A DNA stretch of 36,252 nucleotides, from NCBI GenBank assembly GCA_034658755.1, contig JAYEFV010000257.1, positions 1-36,252 of the forward strand, written 5' to 3'. Both the position numbers and the translations under genes were made by a program. The notes beneath the pieces are model-generated. The model worked only from the letters and a program-made list of their open reading frames with translations, had not been told where the DNA came from and did not search any database. The stretch comes from Thermodesulfobacteriota bacterium. Lineage in GTDB: Bacteria > Desulfobacterota > Desulfobacteria > Desulfobacterales > UBA11574. Below are positions 1 through 8,172 of this stretch, one piece after another (the stretch's first letter is position 1; every line of letters begins with the position of its first letter).

Positions 1-37
1 GTCCATTAAAGAAGCAAACCAGCAAGTAAAACTCTGG

Positions 38-541
38 ATGCAATTAGCCCGGGAGGCCTATGTAGAGAAGAGACTAATTCAGGTTTTCCATTACTTCCAC
101 CGTGCACTGGAGTATGCTGAGCAGAGGGAATTAGAGCATGAAATTGCCTGGATCTGTCGAGATTTGGGATACGTCCACGCCCGTCAAGGATCACTGAACC
201 AAGCCCTTGACTATTTAAACAAGGGTCTCGCGCTTCGTGTTGACGGATTAGAAATCGAGATCCGAGTCGGGCTCATAACTAACAAGGCGAGCGTGCTTGC
301 CAGATTAGGGTCCTATAGAAAAGCAGTGGCTCTTCTGGAGCAAGGCGCGAGTTTGATCTTCACCCACTATCAAAATCTCTCTTTGGCCCCCAGCCATATG
401 GTTCTGTCTTATGCTGGAATCCTTCGGATGGCAAAGGATTTGCGAAAGGTAGTTGCTCTGCTGGATCAAGGCATCCCACCGGAGCGAATCCAGGTTGAAA
501 TTAAGGGGTATTCCCCTTATGGTCAAAGTGAGATCGGGTAA
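38..541 (+). CDS. TPR-like helical-repeat protein (possibly truncated at its 5' end by the window edge)
   Basis: 167-aa ORF with repeated A/L/Y-rich helix-pair segments (ALEYAEQ, ALDYLNKGLAL, AVALLEQG) typical of tetratricopeptide-like repeats. The frame stays open upstream to nt 2, so the true N-terminus may lie outside the window. Confidence 0.5.
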   Translation: MQLAREAYVEKRLIQVFHYFHRALEYAEQRELEHEIAWICRDLGYVHARQGSLNQALDYLNKGLALRVDGLEIEIRVGLITNKASVLARLGSYRKAVALLEQGASLIFTHYQNLSLAPSHMVLSYAGILRMAKDLRKVVALLDQGIPPERIQVEIKGYSPYGQSEIG

Positions 542-611
542 GTGGTAACCTTTTTTGCCGGATTTTTGATGTAAATCAAAGGTCTTGTAATCTAAACCGG
601 AGGAGTGAAAA

Positions 612-2186
612 ATGAAAGTAAGCAGTGTAATGCAGATGAGGTCTTTGGATCGATACGCTATAGAGAAACTCGCTATACCGGAAGAGATTTTAATGGAAAA
701 TGCGGGGGAAGCCTCGTATTTTGTTATAATGGATGAGTTTGGAGTAACGCATAAAAAATTTGTTATTATTTGCGGTATCGGTAACAACGGAGGGGATGGA
801 TTTGTTGTCGCAAGGAAAATCCACTCAAATAGGGGAGATGTAAAGGTCTTCATTCTGGGTGATGTGAATAAATTTAAAGGTGCGGCAAAAAAGAACTTTG
901 ATATTATATGCGGGTTACAGATTGAAATCCGGCACATTGAATCGATTGAAACGATAAAGAGTGATGTCCTGCATTGTGACGTAATAGTTGACGCAATCTT
1001 TGGAACGGGCTTAACGAGAAATGTGGAAGGTCTCTATAGAGATGTTATCCTGTTGATAAACAAAAGCAGAAAAAAGGTTTTCAGTGTTGACATTCCCTCG
1101 GGCATTAATGGGGATACAGGGGAAATTATGGGTGTCTCTGTTACGGCAGACTATACCGTAACTTTTGGCCTTCCCAAGATAGGAAATATGCTTTTTCCCG
1201 GCTATGAACATTGTGGAAAATTGTATGTCTCACACATATCTTTTCCTCCATCCCTTTACAATAAAGATTCGATAAAAGTTGGAATCAACGATTATATTAA
1301 ACTTCCCCCAAAAGACAAAATTGCCCATAAGGGAGATTTCGGTGAGGTTCTCTTCATTGCCGGTGCTTCAAGCTACTTTGGAGCACCCTACTATTCTGCC
1401 CTTTCGTTTCTGAAGGCAGGCGGAGGGTATTCCCGCCTTGCTGCACCCATTTCCGTGACCCCTTTTATTGCCAATAAGGGAAGTGAGATAGTTTTTATCC
1501 CACAAAAAGAAACAGACTCGGGGAGCATCTCTTTAGAGAATAGCGATGCTTTATTCGAGCTTTCTAAAAAAATGGATATGGTAGTAATCGGTCCTGGCTT
1601 ATCATTAAATGAAGAAACACAACAACTGACAAGAGAACTGGCAAAGAAAATCGAAAAGCCTCTGCTTATAGATGGTGACGGGATTACTGCCATTTCCAAA
1701 GATCTGGATACGATAAAAAGGAGAAAGAAGCCTACCATAATGACCCCTCACCTGGGCGAGATGTCCAGAATTACAAAAATGAGTGTTCGTGATATTGATA
1801 AAAATAAAATAGATATTTTGCAGAGTACTTCAAAGGAGTTGAATTCAATAATTGTTTTAAAGGGGGCCCATTCAATGATTGGCTATTCCGATGAGAAGGT
1901 TTATATCAATATGAGTGGTAATCCCGGGATGGCTTCTGCAGGATCGGGTGATGTCCTGACGGGAACCATTGCCGCCATGTATGGTCTTGGCTTGTCCATT
2001 GAAGATGCGGTAAGAAAAGGGGTGTTCATACATGGATTTTCCGGAGACCTTGCGGCAAAAGATTTGGGTGAAGATGGAATTACGGCTCAGGATATACTGG
2101 ATTATCTGCCACTCGCCATGAAAATGGATCGGGCAGGTCTTGACGAAACCCTAAAGGATGCTTACAAAGGCATTCGTGTTATATAG
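612..2186 (+). CDS. nnr: bifunctional NAD(P)H-hydrate repair enzyme (epimerase / ADP-dependent dehydratase)
   Basis: 524-aa ORF. The N-terminal half has the YjeF-N signature GIGNNGGDGFVVAR. The C-terminal half has carbohydrate-kinase-like signatures (VIGPGLS, AGSGDVLTG). A GGAGGAG RBS lies upstream of the ATG. Confidence 0.9.
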   Translation: MKVSSVMQMRSLDRYAIEKLAIPEEILMENAGEASYFVIMDEFGVTHKKFVIICGIGNNGGDGFVVARKIHSNRGDVKVFILGDVNKFKGAAKKNFDIICGLQIEIRHIESIETIKSDVLHCDVIVDAIFGTGLTRNVEGLYRDVILLINKSRKKVFSVDIPSGINGDTGEIMGVSVTADYTVTFGLPKIGNMLFPGYEHCGKLYVSHISFPPSLYNKDSIKVGINDYIKLPPKDKIAHKGDFGEVLFIAGASSYFGAPYYSALSFLKAGGGYSRLAAPISVTPFIANKGSEIVFIPQKETDSGSISLENSDALFELSKKMDMVVIGPGLSLNEETQQLTRELAKKIEKPLLIDGDGITAISKDLDTIKRRKKPTIMTPHLGEMSRITKMSVRDIDKNKIDILQSTSKELNSIIVLKGAHSMIGYSDEKVYINMSGNPGMASAGSGDVLTGTIAAMYGLGLSIEDAVRKGVFIHGFSGDLAAKDLGEDGITAQDILDYLPLAMKMDRAGLDETLKDAYKGIRVI

Positions 2187-2195
2187 GAGGAAAAA

Positions 2196-3206
2196 ATGAA
2201 GGCGTGGATTCTTGAAAAGCAGGCAAAAATCGATGAAAGACCTTTGAGATTGGCGGAAGTTCCTACACCCCGCGCAAAAGACGCTGAGATAAGGATTAAA
2301 ATCCTGGTATGCGGTGTATGCAGGACAGATATTCATATTGCAGAAGGGGACCTATCCTTGAGAAAATCACCCTTAATTTTAGGTCACGAGATTGTGGGAA
2401 TTGTTGATGAAATAGGTAAAAATGTGAAACTATTCAAAGTTGGCGATAAGGCAGGTGTAAGCTGGTTAAACAGTACCTGTGGAAAATGTAAATACTGCCT
2501 GTCGGGTAAGGAAAACTATTGTCCTGACATCAAATCTACAGGTTGGGATGAAGATGGCGGGTACGCGGAATATATAACGGTCTTAGAAGATGTTGCTCTG
2601 CCCTTAAACGATATTAGGTTAGAACCTTCCGATATTGCACCACTGATGTGCCCGGGTATAGCAGGATATGCGGCATTCAAACTTACAAAAGCTCAAAAGG
2701 GAAGCAAACTGGGGCTTTACGGATTCGGACCCACAGCTTTTTGTGTTCTTAAGGTGGCAAAATCCATGGATATAGAGGTATATGTGAGCACAAGATCTCC
2801 AAAGAATATTGAAGATGCAATAAACCAAGGTGCCGACTGGGCTGCAGACACAGCAAAAGATCAGATGCCCTGCAATCTCGATTCAGCAATTGTGTTTCCT
2901 CCTGCAGGCAACCTGGTCGAACCCGTGCTTTCTCAGGTGGAGAAGGGAGGAACAGTGGTTCTTGCACCGGTAGCCTCATCTCCTATTGTTATTGAAAATT
3001 ACACTGAAAATCTGTGGGGCCGTACCATAGAAACCCTGTATAACCTGAAAAAATCTGAGGCTGATGAATTTCTTGAAATTGCTGACAGGCTTAAAATAAA
3101 ACCGGAAAGGGGGATCTTCCCCTTTGAAGATCTGCAGGATGTTCTAATTACGGTCAGACATGGGAAAGCCAAAGTAGCAAACTCTGTTATTAAAATTTCA
3201 GGATGA
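2196..3206 (+). CDS. zinc-dependent alcohol dehydrogenase family (MDR) oxidoreductase
   Basis: 336 aa. Catalytic-zinc motifs CGVCRTDIH and GHEIVGIV, plus the structural-zinc Cys cluster CGKCKYCLSGKENYC. A GGAGG RBS lies upstream. Confidence 0.85.
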   Translation: MKAWILEKQAKIDERPLRLAEVPTPRAKDAEIRIKILVCGVCRTDIHIAEGDLSLRKSPLILGHEIVGIVDEIGKNVKLFKVGDKAGVSWLNSTCGKCKYCLSGKENYCPDIKSTGWDEDGGYAEYITVLEDVALPLNDIRLEPSDIAPLMCPGIAGYAAFKLTKAQKGSKLGLYGFGPTAFCVLKVAKSMDIEVYVSTRSPKNIEDAINQGADWAADTAKDQMPCNLDSAIVFPPAGNLVEPVLSQVEKGGTVVLAPVASSPIVIENYTENLWGRTIETLYNLKKSEADEFLEIADRLKIKPERGIFPFEDLQDVLITVRHGKAKVANSVIKISG

Positions 3207-3257
3207 TTATACCTGCTTAATGTTAAATTAAATTCTGTACGAGTCGGGGGCTTTATT

Positions 3258-4973
3258 ATGAAAAGAACAACAAAGGTTGAACCTCACGGCGGTTCACTTG
3301 TCAATCTTATGGTGGATGAAGAGCGAGCCGCCGTTCTAAAGGAGATTTCTATGAATCTGCCAGACATTACATTAAACAACCGGCAGCTTTGTGATCTCGA
3401 ACTTCTTGCAACCGGGGCTTTTTCACCGCTTGACGGCTTTATGACCCGGCCGGACTATGAATCCGTGCTTGACCGCATGAGGCTGCAAAGCAATGTATTA
3501 TGGCCCATACCGGTATGCCTCGGCATATCCGATATCCAGGCTAAGGCTCTGGAAGTCGGTCAATCGGTCACGTTAAGGGATCTGGAAGGGTTCCTGCTTG
3601 CCATTATGCATATTGAAGATATATGGCCTGTGGATCGAAACAAAGAGGCCTCATTAGTTTACAGCACAACCGACAGGAATCATCAGGGGGTTGAGTATCT
3701 TTTTAAAACAGAAGGTGATCATTACCTGGGGGGCAAAATCGAGGTTTTGAGCCTTCCTCTTCACTTCGATTTTAAACAGCTTCGCATGACTCCCTTAGAG
3801 ATCAGAAACATTTACCGGAAACTCGGATGGCAGCGGGTGGTAGGATTTCAGACTCGAAATCCCATCCAGCGTCCCCAGTTTGAAATGACGGTGGCGGCCA
3901 TGCGGCAGGTCAGGGCCAACCTACTCATTTTGCCGGTAACGGGTATGACAAAACCCGGCGATTTTGACCACTATACCCGGGTCAGATGCTATCGGGCGGT
4001 GACTCGCCACTACCCGCCTGACTCTTTTATACTGAATTTGCTGCCGCTCTCCATGCGTTTATCCGGTCCCAAAGATGCGCTTTTACATACAATTATTGCA
4101 AAAAATTACGGCTGCACCCATTTTATCATAGGACGTGACCATGCCAGCCCCGGAATAGATGCCGGAGGAAACCATTTTTACCAAAGAGACGCGGCTCACC
4201 GGGTGACCCAAGAATACGGCAGTGAAATCGGAATGACCATTGTTCCGTTTGAAGAGCTTGTCTATCTTCCTTTTGAAGATGAGTACCGTTCTCAAGATCA
4301 GGTTTCCGAGGGGACCCAGTATATTTCCTTTTCAAGCTCGGATATCCGTGAGAGGATCAGGACCGGACGGCGCATCCCCGAATGGGCCACCTTCCCGGAT
4401 GTTGAGGCCGAACTGAAAAAGGCTTATCCATCTCCGGATAAGCAAGGCTTTACGGTCTTTCTGACCGGGCTTCCGGGTGCCGGAAAATCGACCGTTGCCA
4501 AGGTTCTCTATGCACGCTTTCTGGAAATGGGGGATCGTCCGGTCACCCTGCTGGACGGGGATATTGTGAGGCAGAATCTTTCGAGCCAGCTGAGTTTTTC
4601 CAAAGAACACCGGGATATTAACGTACGACGCATCGGCTTTGTGGCCAGTGAAATCACCAAAAACCGAGGCATCGCCATTTGTGCGCCAATCGCGCCCTAC
4701 AATGCCACCAGAGCCGAAATCCGAAAAAACATCGAAACTTACGGCGGGTTTATTGAGGTTCACGTATCGACTCCCATTAAGGTATGTGAAAAAAGGGATC
4801 GTAAGGGTATGTATGCAAAGGCCCGGGCCGGAATGATTAAAGGGTTTACCGGTGTTGACGATCCATACGAGGTTCCGGAATCGCCGGAGGTGCGGATTGA
4901 CACCACCGACCTCAGGCCCGATGAGGTCGTCCAGGAAATCCTGCTGCTGCTGGGACAAAAAGGATATATTTAA
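3258..4973 (+). CDS. ATP-sulfurylase-like domain fused to adenylylsulfate (APS) kinase
   Basis: 571 aa. The N-terminal domain has the QTRNP and GRDHA sulfurylase motifs, but the HxxH motif reads QRPQ. The C-terminal domain is a complete APS kinase: P-loop [49 protein letters not shown]. Confidence 0.85.
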   Translation: [571 protein letters not shown]

Positions 4974-4979
4974 ATTTAA

Positions 4980-5054
4980 TGGTAGGCGGTACTGGATTTG
5001 AACCAGTGACTTCTACCGTGTGAAGGTAGCACTCTCCCACTGAGTTAACCGCCC
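4980..5054 (-). tRNA. tRNA-Val (anticodon CAC), CCA end encoded
   Basis: The reverse complement folds by hand into a 75-nt cloverleaf: acceptor GGGCGGT/ACCGCCT (G1-U72 wobble), D-arm ACTC-AGTGGGA-GAGT, anticodon arm CTACC-TTCACAC-GGTAG, variable AAGTC, T-arm ACTGG-TTCAAAT-CCAGT, discriminator A, then CCA. Confidence 0.9.
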
Positions 5055-5058
5055 AAAA

Positions 5059-5337
5059 TTATTGACTATCAACTTTCTCCTTTAATTCTTTGCCGACTTT
5101 GAAGAAAGGAAGTTTTTTAGAAGATACATTAATTTGCTCGCCGGTTTTAGGATTTCGGCCGACGTACGGCTTATAATTTTTTACCGTAAAACTGCCAAAA
5201 CTCCTGATTTCAACCCGCTCACCTTTTACAAGTGCTTCCGTTATTTCATCAAAAAAGGTATCAACAACTTCTGCGGCGTCTTTTTTACTAAGGGCTGCTT
5301 TATCCTTTAGTTTATTAACCAAGCCTGATCTGTTCAT
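5059..5337 (-). CDS. IHF/HU-family DNA-bending protein (IHF beta-like)
   Basis: The track ORF begins at a TTG (5361). The ATG at 5337 has an AAGGAG RBS and gives 92 aa with the family signature RSFGSFTV...GRNPKTGE...FKVGKELK. Confidence 0.85.
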   Translation of the reverse strand: MNRSGLVNKLKDKAALSKKDAAEVVDTFFDEITEALVKGERVEIRSFGSFTVKNYKPYVGRNPKTGEQINVSSKKLPFFKVGKELKEKVDSQ

Positions 5338-5347
5338 ATAAGCTCCT

Positions 5348-5722
5348 TGAGACCTTTGCAAAACGTCCTCTTTTGTCTGCCCAGCCTGCCCCGTAGCTCC
5401 GGCAGATGGTACTGGGGTTAAATCCGTATTTAATATTTAACCGAAGACCTTTGCAAAACGCCCCTTTTTGCCCAATTTCTGCGTTAGGCTCAAATTTTAA
5501 TCCTCAAAATACCCAATGTATTCGTGCCTGCCCCGTGAAATGCGAAGCCTATTTCTCTGGGGTGGTTAAAATTGTCGCCTTTCCCTCCGGGGCGTAGGCC
5601 CCACGGGCCGGAGGCTTGAACTTAGACAAAAATTGACATTTTTCAACGGTCTCAACCGGGGCCCAATTTCGGTGTCAGGTGGTACATCCCGCTAAAAGCG
5701 GGAAATATTTTTCAACGGTCTC
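5348..5722. repeat. mosaic cluster of short hairpin-forming intergenic repeat modules (REP/BIME-like)
   Basis: Four copies of the motif gagaccKttgMaaaa: 5349-5365 and 5443-5460 forward, 5639-5653 and 5708-5722 reverse. Also a 63-bp backbone element (5348-5443), a 33-bp module (5385-5417), a GCGAAGC hairpin module (5531-5563) and a 92-bp module (5562-5653). All recur elsewhere in the window. Confidence 0.85.
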
Positions 5723-5851
5723 TCCTTTTTAATGAATACCAAAAACGTGTTATAATGAATTGCATTGTAATTGATGAAGCAAATTAATCATTTATATAGA
5801 GTGTTAATTACTTCCAAGTCAAGCACTTTTTTATATTTGCAAAACAGTTGG

Positions 5852-6394
5852 TTATCCTATATGTTCCGATGACGTTTCTCCGAGAGTTATAATTTCTTCG
5901 GGTGTGGGTAGGTCTTGCAGATCCTTAAGATCGAATACTTCAAGAAATTGCTTTGTTGTCGCATAAATAAGGGGGCGGCCGGGAATTTCCTTTTTTCCCA
6001 AAATCCGGATCAGTCTCCGCTCAAGCAGCATGCGAAGGATTCCGCCGCAGTTAACCCCCCGGACATGTTCTATATCGCTGCGAATGATCGGCTGTTTGTA
6101 AGCAATGATTGCCAGAGTTTCCAAAGCGGCCTTGGAGAGACGCAGCGCTTTGGGCTGAATTAACCGTTTGATCCATTCTCTGTATTCGGGTCGGGTACGA
6201 ATCTGGTAGCCGCCGGCGACTTCCCGTAAAAAGAAACCGCCTTTGCGGGCTTCATATTCTTTTGAAAGTTCGGAAAGTGCGTTTCGGATCTCTTTTTTTC
6301 CGGCCTGGGTGAGTATATTATTAATATGGTCAATCGTAAGTGGTTCCCCGGCCACCAGCAAAAGACTTTCGATGATGTTTTTTATTTCTTCCAT
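5852..6394 (-). CDS. scpB: segregation and condensation protein B
   Basis: 180 aa with IESLLLVAGEPLT and GGYQIRTRPEY, typical of ScpB. The start overlaps the scpA stop by 1 nt (TAATG). Confidence 0.9.
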   Translation of the reverse strand: MEEIKNIIESLLLVAGEPLTIDHINNILTQAGKKEIRNALSELSKEYEARKGGFFLREVAGGYQIRTRPEYREWIKRLIQPKALRLSKAALETLAIIAYKQPIIRSDIEHVRGVNCGGILRMLLERRLIRILGKKEIPGRPLIYATTKQFLEVFDLKDLQDLPTPEEIITLGETSSEHIG

Positions 6395-7110
6395 TATAAA
6401 TAAAAGAGTCTGATAATGCCTGTCTGGGTATGCTGTGCAGCCCGTATCAGTGAGAGCCTAACCATTTCAAGAATTGCAAGAAATGTCACAACCACATCGC
6501 TTTTATCAGCATTTTTGGAAAACAGCTCATTAAACGTTACCGATCCCTTGGTTTCAAAAATATCCACTATCTGAACGATTCTGTCTCTGACCGTAATGGT
6601 GTCGGCATTAATCTCCATCCGGCCAATGGGGGTGATGTTTTCAAGTATTTTTTGGAACGCATCGATAAGTTCAAATAGCCCGACATCTATGACTGCTTCC
6701 TCCCGGTTAAGCAAATAATCTTCCTGCCCTGGATTTCTGACAAAGGTATCTTCCCCCAGAAGATCCCTTTTCGCCAGCTTTTCAGCTGCTGACTTAATCC
6801 GGAGGTATTCCTCAAGGGGCCTGATAATTTCAAGGCGAGGGTCTTCGTCTTCATCCTCGTTTTCATGGGCCGGAAGGAGCATCGTTGACTTTATCTGTGT
6901 CAGGGTGGATGCCAACACAAGAAATTCCCCGGCCACATCTATGTTCATGGCCTTCATCCACTCTAAATATTCCAGATACTGTCCCGTTATCAGAGCGATG
7001 GGAATATCATAGATGTCAACATCATGTTTTTTAATAAGGTGCACCAAAAGGTCCATGGGACCTTCAAAGATATTTTCGAGCTGTACTTGATAACATTCAT
7101 CAGGTGTCAT
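6394..7110 (-). CDS. scpA: segregation and condensation protein A
   Basis: 238 aa. N-terminal FEGPMDLLVHLIKKHDVDIYDIPIALIT is typical of the ScpA kleisin. Adjacent to, and translationally coupled with, scpB. Confidence 0.9.
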   Translation of the reverse strand: MTPDECYQVQLENIFEGPMDLLVHLIKKHDVDIYDIPIALITGQYLEYLEWMKAMNIDVAGEFLVLASTLTQIKSTMLLPAHENEDEDEDPRLEIIRPLEEYLRIKSAAEKLAKRDLLGEDTFVRNPGQEDYLLNREEAVIDVGLFELIDAFQKILENITPIGRMEINADTITVRDRIVQIVDIFETKGSVTFNELFSKNADKSDVVVTFLAILEMVRLSLIRAAQHTQTGIIRLFYL

Positions 7111-7173
7111 AATAGATAACGGATATTATAAGATTGAAAATTAACGAAAGCCATCAGTAATAGTCAATGGAAA

Positions 7174-8160
7174 CTATAGTTTTACAGCCTCTCTAACCTC
7201 TGCCATGGTCTGGAGCGCAACACGTCGTGCTTTTTCGCATCCGTCAGTAATGATGTTGTCGACAAGTTGTGGCCGGGCTTCGTAATATGCTCTTTTTTCA
7301 CGCATCGGTTCTAAAGCTTTTATGAGATTTTGAGCCATTATTTTCTTGCATTCAACGCAGCCGATTTCGGCGATGCGGCACTCTTTGTTTATTCTGTCCA
7401 CAGTTTTACTATCACTGTAAATCTTGTGAAATTCGTAGACATTACAAACATCAGGATCGCCGGGGTCGCTTTTCCTGGCGCGCTGGGGATCGGTCAGCAT
7501 TTTGGAAATCATGGCAGCTATTTGATCAGGGCTGTCTGAAAAATAGATGGCATTGTTGTAACTTTTGCTCATTTTGCGGCGGTCAATGCCGAGTATTTTG
7601 GGTGTTTCGGTCAAAATCGATTCCGGTTCGGGGAATACTTCACCATAAAAATAGTTGAATCTTCTGGCGATTTCCCGCGTAATTTCAACATGGGGAACCT
7701 GATCCACGCCCACAGGAACCCCGTGGGCCTTATACATGATAATATCGGCCGCCTGCAAGACCGGATATCCGAGAAAACCAAAAGTGGAAAGGTCTTTGTT
7801 GCTGAGCTGAACAATCTGATCCTTGTAGGTGGGATTTCGCTCTAGCCACGGCACGGGTGTTATCATAGAAAGGATAAGAAAGAGTTCCGCATGTTCTTTG
7901 ATATGTGATTGAATAAAAAGGGTGCTTTTCTCAGGCGAAAGCCCTACGCTCAACCAGTCTATTAACATATTGCGGATATATCCTGAAATAGAGCCGGTAT
8001 CTTCATAATTGCTGGTTAAGGCATGCCAGTCGGCGATGAAGAAAAAACAGTCATACTGTTCCTGCATCTTTACCCAGTTGGCAAGGGCACCATGCAGATT
8101 CCCAAGGTGAAGGGGTCCTGTAGGACGCATCCCGCTGAGTATCCTTTTCTTTTTGGCCAT
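7174..8160 (-). CDS. trpS: tryptophan--tRNA ligase
   Basis: 328 aa. Class I signatures GMRPTGPLHLGNLHG (HIGH-type) and KMSKS. An AGGAG RBS lies upstream. Confidence 0.92.
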   Translation of the reverse strand: MAKKKRILSGMRPTGPLHLGNLHGALANWVKMQEQYDCFFFIADWHALTSNYEDTGSISGYIRNMLIDWLSVGLSPEKSTLFIQSHIKEHAELFLILSMITPVPWLERNPTYKDQIVQLSNKDLSTFGFLGYPVLQAADIIMYKAHGVPVGVDQVPHVEITREIARRFNYFYGEVFPEPESILTETPKILGIDRRKMSKSYNNAIYFSDSPDQIAAMISKMLTDPQRARKSDPGDPDVCNVYEFHKIYSDSKTVDRINKECRIAEIGCVECKKIMAQNLIKALEPMREKRAYYEARPQLVDNIITDGCEKARRVALQTMAEVREAVKL

Positions 8161-8172
8161 ATAGAATCTCCT

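Noticed and set aside
5385-5417. The 33-bp module begins gccccgtagctc, like the 5' acceptor/D-arm of a tRNA, suggesting a tRNA-derived element or pseudo-tRNA.
   Set aside because: Only about 12 nt resemble a tRNA. There is no closing D-stem, anticodon arm or T-arm. The resemblance may be chance, or at most an ancient origin that cannot be shown from this window.
5406-5597. Small ORFs 5406-5597, 8023-8208 and 33112-33309, whose products all end in ...PSGA.
   Set aside because: The shared C-terminus comes only from reading through the same repeat core (ccctccggggcgtag). There is no RBS, and each ORF spans unrelated repeat modules or overlaps the trpS or methyltransferase coding ends. They are repeat artefacts, not a gene family.
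5678-5685. GGTGGTAC, reminiscent of the T-box antiterminator core, near aminoacyl-tRNA synthetase genes. GATGGTAC also occurs in the 33-bp module.
   Set aside because: It lies on the plus strand with no downstream plus-strand gene. The rest of the T-box consensus, a specifier loop and a terminator/antiterminator pair are all absent. The trpS leader is on the opposite strand and shows no T-box features.
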